Assembly: GCA_029717555.1 (NCBI GenBank)
Contig: JAMDHS010000019.1
Span: forward strand, 62,001 to 126,000
Source: Peribolospora baueri
Lineage: Eukaryota
Direction: 5' to 3'
Length of the DNA: 64,000 bases
Positions 14,463 to 24,062 of this stretch are shown piece after piece; position 1 is the first letter of the stretch, and every line of letters begins with the position of its first letter. A program made the translations under genes and the position numbers. The notes under the pieces were generated by a model. It was not told the origin of the DNA. It saw nothing but the letters and a program-made list of their open reading frames with translations, and searched no databases.

Positions 14463-17400
14463 ATGCCTCGGCCCACCTTCCTCCAGACCATCCTCAGTCG
14501 ACCTTCGCAATCCTACTCCACTTACAACCCCTCAGACAATGCCTCCTCCTCCAACCCTTCCGACTTGCCCTCCGCCTCCGACCGCTCCATCAGCCTTGTA
14601 CTCTCTCGTCCGCCCAGCGAGATTAGCTCCGCGGCAGGCGGCACGACCAAGCGACGACGGGGCCTGCTGAGGAGAAAGGCCTCCAACTCGGCCTCCAGCC
14701 TCCGTTCCCACTTCTCCGACCGCCGTCCTTCTCCTCGTAGCCATGCCGACTCGGAGAGCGACCTCGGAGCGCCAGCCCCGACCACCTCGTTTTCCGACGT
14801 CCCCCCTTCCACGCCCAACCACCACGCCGGCTTCTCTCTTTTCGGCTCCCGGCGCAGGAGGAACTCGAAAACCGCCGTTCCTGACCGCTACGCCGGCGCC
14901 GGCCTCGTTCGCAATGTCGTTTTGGCTCCCGACACGCCTCCCTCCTCCGCCTCCTCTCATCCTCATCCTCCTCACGCCCACGTCCTCGCTCCGCCGACGG
15001 AGCTCGTGCCTCCGTTTGTGTCTGACGATGGACACCTTCTCCACCGATCCCACTCCCAATCACACTCGCCGTCGTCCCCAAATGGACAACACCGCACGGC
15101 CCACGCTCGTTCTCCGTCCGCAGCCTCGTCTTCGATGTCCCATCCTCTGTCCGAACGTAAGCGGACCTCGACAAGCGACTGGGCAGCCTTTGTCGCTTCG
15201 ATAGAGGCCCGTGGCGTCCACTTTGGTCGCGTCGGCTCCTCCTCCCCGTCTTGCCCCGAAGCCGCTGGCCCGTGGCCCTCCGCTCGCTCTCGCACCACCT
15301 CCATGCCTCTCGCCACTCTCGGCGGAGACGGCCGCCAAACGGACTTGGTCCGACGCAGACGCACGCTCGTCGAGCGCGTCCGGCGCGAGCTCGCCGAGGA
15401 GGAGGAAGCTTCGTCGGACCGCCGACACTCCCTTTCCGTCGTCGGTCACCCTTCCTCCAATCCGTCTGCCGTCGGCGTCGGTGCCGGCACCCACGCCGGC
15501 TTCGATCCGCACAGCCATTGTCGTTCTGGCCAACGGCTCCGAAGTCGGACGGCGAGCCACGGCAACGCGGACGACGTCGCAAAGGCGCACAGGGACGTCT
15601 TCCGCGCTCAGTTCACAGGCGGTCGCTCTCGCTCGATGATCGCTCGTCCCGCCGCCGACGTCGCCGCCGGTCCTCCAAGTAGCCGAGGCCGAGGGAAGTT
15701 TGCTGCTGAGGCGTGCGAAGACCGTCCCTTGCCCCCCCTCCCGGAGGGAGCGAACGCGCTCAAACCGGCTTTCCGCAACGACCTTCTCGTCCTCAAGCCT
15801 GAATCCCTCCGCACCACGTCCGCCGCCCATGCCCATGCCAAGGAGGCCCCGCACGTCGGGTCGCGGCCCATGGTGGCCGTCCCGGCGTTCAGCACGAGCG
15901 CGAGCGTCGCTGAGCGGGCGTCCGCTTCTTCTGCGTCTCAAACCGGGTCAGAGTCGGAATCGGAGGCGTCGACGGAGGAGGAGGAGGAAAAGAAGAAGGA
16001 GGAGGGACATGATGGGGAGCGGGACGAGGAGAGCACGGGCGAGGACGAAGACGAAGGTGTACCGAGCCGGATCTACGCAAAGTCGGCCCCGGCGGAGGAC
16101 GGCGAGAGCGCGAGCTCGAGCTCGACCGGCTCCGTTTCCCCGGCGTCCGTCAGCGCAAAAGACGAGGCCAAGTCCACCGGTCTCGTCATCGTCGCGTCGG
16201 CGCCGCCTGATCCTGATCCTGATTCCGACTCCGGTTCGGGATCCGACCGAGGCTCGTCGTCGTCCGATTTGGAGGAGGAGGAGGAAGAAGCCCATCTCGC
16301 CCGACCTCCGGACCTTGACACGCTCGTTGAAGCCTCGGAGGACGGAAGCTCGATCGGTCATGAGATGCGGCCTGCCTCGCGCGCCTTTATGGGCTTGCCC
16401 AGGCGCAAGGCCGAGCGGTCATCGAGTCGGCCCGGCAGATCTCCTTCGCGCTCGATCGACGACGGGGGGGGCACTCGACCCGGCGCCAAGGTCGAGGACG
16501 TCGAGGACGTCCAACAACGCGTTTTCTCATCCTCTCCCCTTCAACTCCTTTCGTCCTTGGTCACGACCGACGAACCGAACTTGGACGAAACGCCCACCGC
16601 ATCCACGGCCACACCCACCCAGTCTAAGTCTGATGCGCGCTCCGACACCGACTCGGCCTCCACCGCCGCCGCCGCTGCTGCTGTTGCTGTTGCTGGCGAT
16701 CGCTCGCCTTCCTTGGTTCATCGGCTCAGCAACCTCAGCCTTGGCACCGACTTTGCCGACGCCCTCGTCCCTGCCCCTCGACGGGCAAGCTCGGACTCGG
16801 AGAGCACGCCGCGCCAGAAGGAGAGCAGTGCGGATGGCCCATTTCCGGACGGCTCGGATAAGGTTGTCGTCGCGTCCGGTCGTCGACTTGTCGACGAGAT
16901 GGAGCGACAAGGGAGCGTCGGCCAGAATGTGGTTGTCTTCGCCTCCGCTGCCGCCGTGCCAGGTTCTGTGCTCAACGTTGACAACGATGATCATTCCAAA
17001 CCGGGGACTGAGTCGACGACGACTCTGCCCTCGCCTCCCCACGGTATTTTCGGCCCTTCGCTCTCAGAGATCTTCGCCCACTACGATCTGGACAAGGGTC
17101 TCTCGGAGGAGCAGAAAGCCCAGCTGCTGCGGTGGCGCAAGCACGAAGAGGGTCGCTTCGTGCCCGGGGGTCGGGGTGGGGGTGGGGAAGAAGGACTAGG
17201 GAGGCGTTTAGCCGAGCGTTGGCTCGCCGCTGATCGGCGCGAGTTTGACTTTGGCAGTCAGAGGGCTCCCAGTCCCGGTTCTGACAAGGAGGCGGTCGAG
17301 GCGCCGGCTGACACTGGCAACGTCCCTATTGCCCCTTCCCTTCCCGGTCGGACCGAGGAGTCTCCATCCCGCGAGTTGTCCGACGCCACTGACCTGACCC

Positions 17401-20400
17401 GCCGTCCGCCCTCGCGGCCGTCGTCGATCATCGCCGACATCTTCGAGGGCGGCCTCTTCGGCTCGGACGCTCGTAGCATCGACCTCGCCTTTCCAGAGTT
17501 TGACCTCGAAGCTTTGCGTCAGCGCGTCAGAGATGAGGAGGAGGCGAGCAGGGCTGAGTTTGGTAGTAGCGATGATGATGAGGCGCCCGGACAGGGCGTG
17601 GGCGTGGGCGTGGGCGACGGCGGGGAGGGAGAGGACGACGAAGGGGAGGCGACCGAGGTGGAGAGGCGCGAGAGCGGTCGCGACAAGCGCAGCGTGTTCG
17701 AGAGCGAAGCGGAGGACGCGGAGACCGAGACCGAGACGGAGGGCGGGGCCGCAAAGTGGAGGTCGGAGAAGGGTAAGGGGCCCGCCGGGCACCAGGTGTC
17801 GGCCATCCCAGCGAGCGACGGCTTCGACATCCCATACAGCCAGACCTTCTCCGGCAGGGATGGAGAAAGCGGTGAGGCCGATAGCGTGGACGAGGACAAG
17901 GACATCGAGCGTGAGGTCGAGATGCTCACGCGCAGACTCGCTGAGCTTCAGGCCAAGAGGGAGGCCAAGAGAGCCACGAGAGCCAGCGCAAGGACCGCCG
18001 TCGGGGCTGTCGAGGTCTCGAAGAAGGCGGCCGCGTCTCCTTCATCGTCTCCGGCCGCTCCTGAACCCATGTCCAGGAACCTTTCAGGTGGCAGCACGAA
18101 CTCGTTCCGCACCGCTCCTTCTGTGTCTTCCCTCTTCGTTCCAACTTGGCCGGTCGACGACGAGGGCGCCGACGCGGACGACGACGGAGAGGACGGCGAG
18201 GGTGACGGCATGCCCGGCGATTTCCCTTCCTCGTCCAAGGCCCTCCTCGGATTGTCCCGGTCTGCCTCTGTCTCGTCCACTCGGTCCACTCGCAGGCGCT
18301 CGGGCCGCACTGGAGCCTCTAAGCGACGCAGCCCTCGTCCGAGGAGCTTGGAGGAGAACGGACTGGGGCCCGACTCGGCTGCCAGCGCCAGCGCCAGCGC
18401 TAGCTCCAGCAGCGCCTTGGCCTCACCGTTCTCCGAGGACGGTCGCGCTCGTGGAGACGTCCAGCGCAAGGACGCGATCGCCGAAGATTCCGACGAAGTC
18501 GATCAGGGCTCAACTTGTTGGCGAACGCCTTTGCAGAGTCCCGACTCGGATGATCGGACGGATCTGGCTTGGACCCCTCGCGCCCGTTCTCCGCACAAGG
18601 ACATCCGCCGAGCGCACTCGTTGTCACATCGCCGAGCCGATGATGCCCAGGCGCGGATGCGCCTGTCATCGTCAGAGCCGGAACCAACGAGCGCTTCGAT
18701 CGTATCGGAGCGAACCATCGTCGGTCAAGTGTCGCCCGCTGACTCCAACAACGCCGATACCGAACGCCTGTCTGCTGCCGGCGACGAAGCTCCATCACAA
18801 AATTCACACACGGCAGGAGGCGCTGTCACTCCCCTCCCTCCTTCTCCCCCTCCTCTTCAGTCGCGTCATCGCACTCCCCTCGATGCCAACTCTGCTCCTT
18901 CAAACGATCCGGTCGCGCCCGCGCCTTCGGAGGCGCTTCCGACGTCGCCCATGTCTGATGCGTCCAATGTCTCAAGCTCCTCTCCACTTTTCTCCCCCGT
19001 CGTGCAAGCTCGCGAAATGGATGGAGAACGGAGGCGACGATCACCAGACAACGACGGCTCTGACCTCAGCACCTCCAGCACCTCAATGACGAGTCCATAC
19101 GGGTCAGAGGTCGTGACCAGCCCGAGCAAGACGTTCGCCCACCTCAAGGAGACGTACGTGCCACCTGTGCCGCCTAAATCGCACCCTTTTCCTTCTCCTC
19201 CGCCGGAGGAGGAAGAGCGGGATCGCGCTTTGGAGACGATTCCAACGACAACTCCGATCACATCCCGAGCACAGGCCATCGGCAGTCCCAGTCTGGTTAC
19301 CGGCATTGACGTCAATCTCATCCCTCCCACACCTCCGTCTTTGGTGCATGCCAACTCCTATACCAGCGTTCAGCCAGCCCATCAGGTCCCAGAGGAGTTG
19401 CCGCCGGTCGCTCCTGTGCCGGCGCCGCCGAAGATGATCAAGCCGGCAAGCTCAGGACCGCCTGAAGGCACGTCGTCCGCCAAGGTCAAGCGGTCCTCAT
19501 CTATGAGCAGCAAGCCCCGCACTATCATCATTCCAGAGTCCGATTCAGGTCTGACGCGCTCTCTCTCCGTCTCGTCCGCTCCGGGATTAAAGTCGAAACG
19601 CAAGTCGGTGAGGAGGAGCGGAATGCCGGAGGATTGGAAAAAGGACGTCCTCCAATTGGGACCGTCGGTAACCGTCAATTCTCTGGCAGCTTCAAGGCCG
19701 TCGTCGACCGCCCGTGCCTCCGAGTCTAAAAAGAAGACGAAGAAGGTTAAGAAGCCTTCCGAGGCGCGGGGCAACGGCGGTGCCGGGGCCGATGAGCGAG
19801 CCGTACAGTCAGCGATCGCACCGCGTCGGCGAACACTGTCTTCCCCCACGCATCCCACCGCTAGTGCGAGGAACACCGCGGAGGCCCGGCCGCCTCTTCC
19901 GCCGTCCAGAGTCCAAAGGTCTTTGTCGCTTTGTTCGGCCGCGTCTAGCGGCATCCTCTCCCAGCCTCGTTCCATCCTCAAGAAACCGACGTCGGCTTTC
20001 CCGGAGCACGTGGAGCAAGGCATCACGACGTCTGGCGCGGAGCATCAGATGACCGACGAGGAACGCGGCCCTTATCGTACACCGGTCCCCCGCCGCGCGC
20101 CTTCCTCCGGTTCGTTCTACAGCCATCATTCCCATTCGCCGTTCATTGACAGCGCCGTCAACGGCCATGCTCGACCCGTCTCGTTTCCTCCGAGCGAACC
20201 TTACCAGCGCCCTTCGCTGATGTCAGCCATTGCAAATTGGGAAGAAGAGGCGGCGCGGGGCGCGTTTGACCATCCAGACGCGGTGCCTCCACGGCCGCCC
20301 GTCTCGGACCCTTCGCGAACGCCCAGCCCGTACAGGGGCAGTACGGCGGCCTCGTCTTCTCTGATGCAGTCGCAGTCGCCCTCCATCCTTCGGATGAGCC

Positions 20401-21995
20401 ACATGGGCGCTCCCGCCTCGCATTTCCTCAAGCCGCCATCGCCCGCCGTTCATCCCAGAGCGATGCCGCCGGAGCTCGGCGAGGGAGGAGGAGGTCCCCG
20501 GTGGCCGGCGAGCTTGCGGTCGTTCCCTACTTCGCTGACCTCCTTCGACGGTCAGTCCTCTGACGGAAGATACTCGGTCATGAGCGTGCCGACTGCCGGA
20601 TATCGTCCTCGCGATCCACGCCGTCTCTCTGGGGACTTGGACGACGTGCTCCTCGGTCGTACGACCATGGCCACCTTGTCGATTTCCAGCCACGCCTTCC
20701 GAAGCGCTTCGTCGGACAGGCCCAAGACGCGTGTCCCGAGCCACCGGCGTAAGCGGTCCATCACGTCCGCGAGTTCGTCGGATTTGCCGTCTCATCTGGC
20801 CGATAAGCTGGACAAGACTCAGATGTCGGTATCGGCTCACATGCCGCCGCCTAGGAAGCTGGCCACGAAGCAGGTCCTCGTCGCCGTCCTGGCCGTCGCG
20901 ATTGACGAGTTCGACCGGCTCATCATCCACGAACGCACCACCAAACACGACAACGCTCACGGCTTCGTTCCTGGCCGAAGCTTTTGTGGTAGGGTTTTGG
21001 AGACGGGCTGGGAGGTTGACAGGGTTAGAAAAGGTGATATCGTTTTCGGTCTGCAAGACAGTAAAAAGGTAAGCTGCGACACTCGCCTGCCTCTGCGTAA
21101 TTCCCCTCGTGGTCGAAAGGCCCAGACTCAAAAAGTTCACTTTTTTTTTTTTCGAATCCCTGGTCGAACACAGTGCGGAGCATTGGCCGAATACTTGTCC
21201 ATCGACCACAATCTCTTGGCCCCAGCGCCCACGACTCTGAGCATCGAGCAGATCTCAGCCCTGCCCACCACAGGAGTGCTCGCTTACCAAATCATCAAAA
21301 ATCACTGTTCGGAGCTTCCGCGCGGCGCTCGCGTTTTCATCCTCAACGCCCATGACGGCGTGGGTTTGCTCGTCATGCAGGCGGCCGCACACCTTGGCAT
21401 CCTCATCACCGCTCATTGCCCGGCCTCGGTCGCTGATGGTCTGAGTGTGTGCGAGGCTAACGGAGCGCATGAGGTCGTCATCGGTGACGCGCTGTGGGCC
21501 CTCAACTCGCAGCACGAGTCGAGCTTTGAGTTGGTGAGCTTTCATGGATGGAGCGTCGTCGACATGGTTCCATTTCGTCTCACCCGTTTCGTTTTCACCG
21601 TTCTCCGTGTATGGCAGGTCATTGACACCGTAGGCGGCCGGCGCATTTACGACGCCTCTCGTCGCATCCTGGCAAGCGAGGGCCACTTCTCTACCTGCTT
21701 CGGCGATGAGCACACTACCGCCCAGCCTACTTTCAGGTCCCATTTCCGAAGCCTGCGCCGCGCGTTCTTCAAGAAGGACAAGAAGAACATCGGCTACGAG
21801 TGGATCACTTGCGATGCCAAGGAGGACACCAGGGAGGCGCTCGAGAGGATCGCAGAGGCTGTTCAAAACGGTCGTATCTGTCCACGTCTGCGCAGCATCA
21901 TTCCCTTCGGCGACGCGCCCCGTGCTTTCGAGCCTCATCCACACGGCAAGGAGGAGGAAGACGCGGGCGCCATCGTCATCAAGATTAACGGGTGA
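14463..21995 (+). CDS. Very large protein (about 2450 aa): about 2100-aa low-complexity N-terminus plus a C-terminal medium-chain dehydrogenase/reductase (GroES-like + Rossmann) domain
   Basis: Single 7.5-kb open frame. The C-terminus reads QVLVAVLAVAID...GFVPGRSFCGRVLETGWEVDRVRKGDIVFGL...CGALAEYLSID...EQISALPTTGVLAYQ...ARVFILNAHDGVG...VIDTVGG, a quinone-oxidoreductase/Yim1-like MDR pattern. Probable in-frame introns at 21069-21173 and 21534-21617. Confidence 0.88.
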   Translation: MPRPTFLQTILSRPSQSYSTYNPSDNASSSNPSDLPSASDRSISLVLSRPPSEISSAAGGTTKRRRGLLRRKASNSASSLRSHFSDRRPSPRSHADSESDLGAPAPTTSFSDVPPSTPNHHAGFSLFGSRRRRNSKTAVPDRYAGAGLVRNVVLAPDTPPSSASSHPHPPHAHVLAPPTELVPPFVSDDGHLLHRSHSQSHSPSSPNGQHRTAHARSPSAASSSMSHPLSERKRTSTSDWAAFVASIEARGVHFGRVGSSSPSCPEAAGPWPSARSRTTSMPLATLGGDGRQTDLVRRRRTLVERVRRELAEEEEASSDRRHSLSVVGHPSSNPSAVGVGAGTHAGFDPHSHCRSGQRLRSRTASHGNADDVAKAHRDVFRAQFTGGRSRSMIARPAADVAAGPPSSRGRGKFAAEACEDRPLPPLPEGANALKPAFRNDLLVLKPESLRTTSAAHAHAKEAPHVGSRPMVAVPAFSTSASVAERASASSASQTGSESESEASTEEEEEKKKEEGHDGERDEESTGEDEDEGVPSRIYAKSAPAEDGESASSSSTGSVSPASVSAKDEAKSTGLVIVASAPPDPDPDSDSGSGSDRGSSSSDLEEEEEEAHLARPPDLDTLVEASEDGSSIGHEMRPASRAFMGLPRRKAERSSSRPGRSPSRSIDDGGGTRPGAKVEDVEDVQQRVFSSSPLQLLSSLVTTDEPNLDETPTASTATPTQSKSDARSDTDSASTAAAAAAVAVAGDRSPSLVHRLSNLSLGTDFADALVPAPRRASSDSESTPRQKESSADGPFPDGSDKVVVASGRRLVDEMERQGSVGQNVVVFASAAAVPGSVLNVDNDDHSKPGTESTTTLPSPPHGIFGPSLSEIFAHYDLDKGLSEEQKAQLLRWRKHEEGRFVPGGRGGGGEEGLGRRLAERWLAADRREFDFGSQRAPSPGSDKEAVEAPADTGNVPIAPSLPGRTEESPSRELSDATDLTRRPPSRPSSIIADIFEGGLFGSDARSIDLAFPEFDLEALRQRVRDEEEASRAEFGSSDDDEAPGQGVGVGVGDGGEGEDDEGEATEVERRESGRDKRSVFESEAEDAETETETEGGAAKWRSEKGKGPAGHQVSAIPASDGFDIPYSQTFSGRDGESGEADSVDEDKDIEREVEMLTRRLAELQAKREAKRATRASARTAVGAVEVSKKAAASPSSSPAAPEPMSRNLSGGSTNSFRTAPSVSSLFVPTWPVDDEGADADDDGEDGEGDGMPGDFPSSSKALLGLSRSASVSSTRSTRRRSGRTGASKRRSPRPRSLEENGLGPDSAASASASASSSSALASPFSEDGRARGDVQRKDAIAEDSDEVDQGSTCWRTPLQSPDSDDRTDLAWTPRARSPHKDIRRAHSLSHRRADDAQARMRLSSSEPEPTSASIVSERTIVGQVSPADSNNADTERLSAAGDEAPSQNSHTAGGAVTPLPPSPPPLQSRHRTPLDANSAPSNDPVAPAPSEALPTSPMSDASNVSSSSPLFSPVVQAREMDGERRRRSPDNDGSDLSTSSTSMTSPYGSEVVTSPSKTFAHLKETYVPPVPPKSHPFPSPPPEEEERDRALETIPTTTPITSRAQAIGSPSLVTGIDVNLIPPTPPSLVHANSYTSVQPAHQVPEELPPVAPVPAPPKMIKPASSGPPEGTSSAKVKRSSSMSSKPRTIIIPESDSGLTRSLSVSSAPGLKSKRKSVRRSGMPEDWKKDVLQLGPSVTVNSLAASRPSSTARASESKKKTKKVKKPSEARGNGGAGADERAVQSAIAPRRRTLSSPTHPTASARNTAEARPPLPPSRVQRSLSLCSAASSGILSQPRSILKKPTSAFPEHVEQGITTSGAEHQMTDEERGPYRTPVPRRAPSSGSFYSHHSHSPFIDSAVNGHARPVSFPPSEPYQRPSLMSAIANWEEEAARGAFDHPDAVPPRPPVSDPSRTPSPYRGSTAASSSLMQSQSPSILRMSHMGAPASHFLKPPSPAVHPRAMPPELGEGGGGPRWPASLRSFPTSLTSFDGQSSDGRYSVMSVPTAGYRPRDPRRLSGDLDDVLLGRTTMATLSISSHAFRSASSDRPKTRVPSHRRKRSITSASSSDLPSHLADKLDKTQMSVSAHMPPPRKLATKQVLVAVLAVAIDEFDRLIIHERTTKHDNAHGFVPGRSFCGRVLETGWEVDRVRKGDIVFGLQDSKKVSCDTRLPLRNSPRGRKAQTQKVHFFFFRIPGRTQCGALAEYLSIDHNLLAPAPTTLSIEQISALPTTGVLAYQIIKNHCSELPRGARVFILNAHDGVGLLVMQAAAHLGILITAHCPASVADGLSVCEANGAHEVVIGDALWALNSQHESSFELVSFHGWSVVDMVPFRLTRFVFTVLRVWQVIDTVGGRRIYDASRRILASEGHFSTCFGDEHTTAQPTFRSHFRSLRRAFFKKDKKNIGYEWITCDAKEDTREALERIAEAVQNGRICPRLRSIIPFGDAPRAFEPHPHGKEEEDAGAIVIKING

Positions 21996-22084
21996 ACTCA
22001 TAATCACCTCGTTGCCGTCCATTGCCACATTCTTTACCCGGCCTTCTCTGCACATTTTGGGTCACCGAACCCCTCACGGCATGC

Positions 22085-24062
22085 TCAACACAGCGTGCGC
22101 TCCCACCGGATCTCGAACCATCTAAAGCGTACCCTCGTTCCGTCCCTTCTTGCCCGTCGCCGCCGCCCTCGCTCATCGATCTCTTCAATGCCCGTGTCAA
22201 GACGCAACCGAGGCGCTCCGAAGTCATCCCAACCTCGGAGTTCTCGTTCAGCGGCGATGACGAGTCGATGTGAGTGCAAAGGCGAGCCGTCGGCCGCCGA
22301 GCCGGTAGCTGCATTCTCGGCGACGTCTCCTCGTCGAAGACTGGTGTCGGCGAGGGGGAAAGCCTTGTATAGCTCTGCCAGCTCGTCCCGGTGTGTCGGA
22401 CGAAGGGGGACGACGACGTGGAGTGTGGGCTCGTACCTCTCTTTCGTTTCTTCGTCATCCGCAGACGTGCCCACAGCGAGCCCGACATCGCTGCCGCTAG
22501 GCCTCGGCTTTGGGAAGGCGAGGTACCGCTCGGCGACGGCGCGAATCCAGTGCGGGTGTCGTACGTCGTACACGCAGTCGGCCGCGATGAGCAAAGTGAA
22601 GCTGTTGGCGGCCGAGTCGTCATCGAGGCTGGGACTCTGCGTGGAAACGGCAGGCACCACCATTCGCGGCTCGGTAGCGAAGAGAGAGACGGTTGGCGTG
22701 CCCTCTGAGGTACCTACGGCGGTGGGTGTCACGGTCGTCACCGCTGCTTCAGATCCATTCGCGTTTAGCGGGCTGTAGTTGTCCGATGAACGGTCGCCTT
22801 TGTAAGACGTCGTTGCCAATAGCGGAGAGACACCTGTGACGTCAGGATGTGCTCTATCTGGGGATGCCCACGATGAGACGGACGCGGAGGCTGGCCAGCT
22901 CGAGTAGTCGGGCTCGGCAAAGCGCGAAGTGGGCAATTGGTACGCCGTTTCCGTCAAACTTGACGTGGTCAGACCGTCGGTCGTCGCCAACGTCGATGGA
23001 AACCTTCTTGGGCCATCACGTCCATCGCGAGAAGCCCTAAACACATCGGCCCAGTTGAGCTGCGCAACGTGACAGCCGAGCAGTACGTCAGAGTCCATCG
23101 AGTTGAGAGCGACATTGTGGTGCAGGTTATTGAGCACGGTTGGATGATAGTCCGTCAAGAAGAGCGTGGCTATCTGTCTCTCATATCCATCCGCCTCATG
23201 GCCTCCGGTCGTCGCACCCTCTGCGGTCGCTTCGGCTTGCTGCCGCAAACATGCAGCGACTGCGAGCCCACAGAGCCCCGTCCCAGAGCCGAGCTCTAAA
23301 ACCCGCATTGGCGCCGCGCTCTTTTTCTTCGTGCCATCGCTCGTGAAGAAGGAATGGACGAGTCGCCGGGCGAGTAAGGGCGCGGCGCCCCACGTGCGAA
23401 CACCGAGCGCATCGTCTGTCAAGCTCGCATCTCTGAGGCGGACAGAGATCGAGCCGACGGAAGGGATTGGGAAGGAGAAGGTGCGAGTAGTTGGGCCAGA
23501 GGCTGGAGGCAAGAATGGAAGCCGCATTAAAGCGCCGTCTTCCCCGTCAAGCCGACCCGAGCTGAAGGCAAAAGAGCTCACCGGCCTTTCCCGCGCAGAT
23601 GGCCAACAACTGAGCGGCGCGATCAAGAGTCTGATCTGCGAGGTCCGCCCCTCCGTCCTCTTCCCTCTTGGTCCACTCCAGGCCAGAGGCGACGAGCCTC
23701 GTGAGCCAGTCTAGTACCCAACGGCGTTCGAAAGCCTCTGCCGAGTCGTCGCTGTCTTCCTCTTCCTGCGCATCTTCCTCCTCTGCCGTGGGTATTCGGC
23801 CGTGCTTCGCCAGACTGCGAATCAAAAGACCGTTGGCTGTTTCGCCGGCCGACGCCATTCCCTCCTTCTCCGCGCCATGCTCGGAGAAATGGACACCTTC
23901 GATGGACTCGTCGCAGATGACCACATCGGTGTCTACTCCAAACGCTATCGCGAGCTGGTCCAGCGCATGGATAATGACCGTAAGTGATGGCCTTGGCCGC
24001 CTGGCCAGAAGGGGGAGGTCACGCGAGGGGATGAATGAAGTCGGTGGCGAAAGATCGGTCAT
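22085..24062 (-). CDS. SAM-dependent protein methyltransferase of the Methyltransf_16 family (Efm2-like), 2 exons
   Basis: Motifs DDALGVRTWGAAPLLA, RVLELGSGTGLCGLA, LFLTDYHPTVLNNLHHNVALN, VAQLNW and LLIAADCVYD. The N-terminal exon has WLTRLVASGLEW and AAQLLAICAGKA and is joined by a GTGAGC...CTCCAG intron (about 23504-23581). Confidence 0.88.

Noticed and set aside
21069..21617. Stop-free, in-frame introns (105 and 84 nt; also 78 nt in PPS1) suggesting regulated intron retention
   Set aside because: One third of introns are 3n by chance and stop codons are scarce in GC-rich DNA. There is no other evidence.
21995..22085. Very short (about 90 bp) gap between convergent stop codons as antisense regulation
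   Set aside because: Overlapping 3' UTRs are routine in compact fungal genomes.
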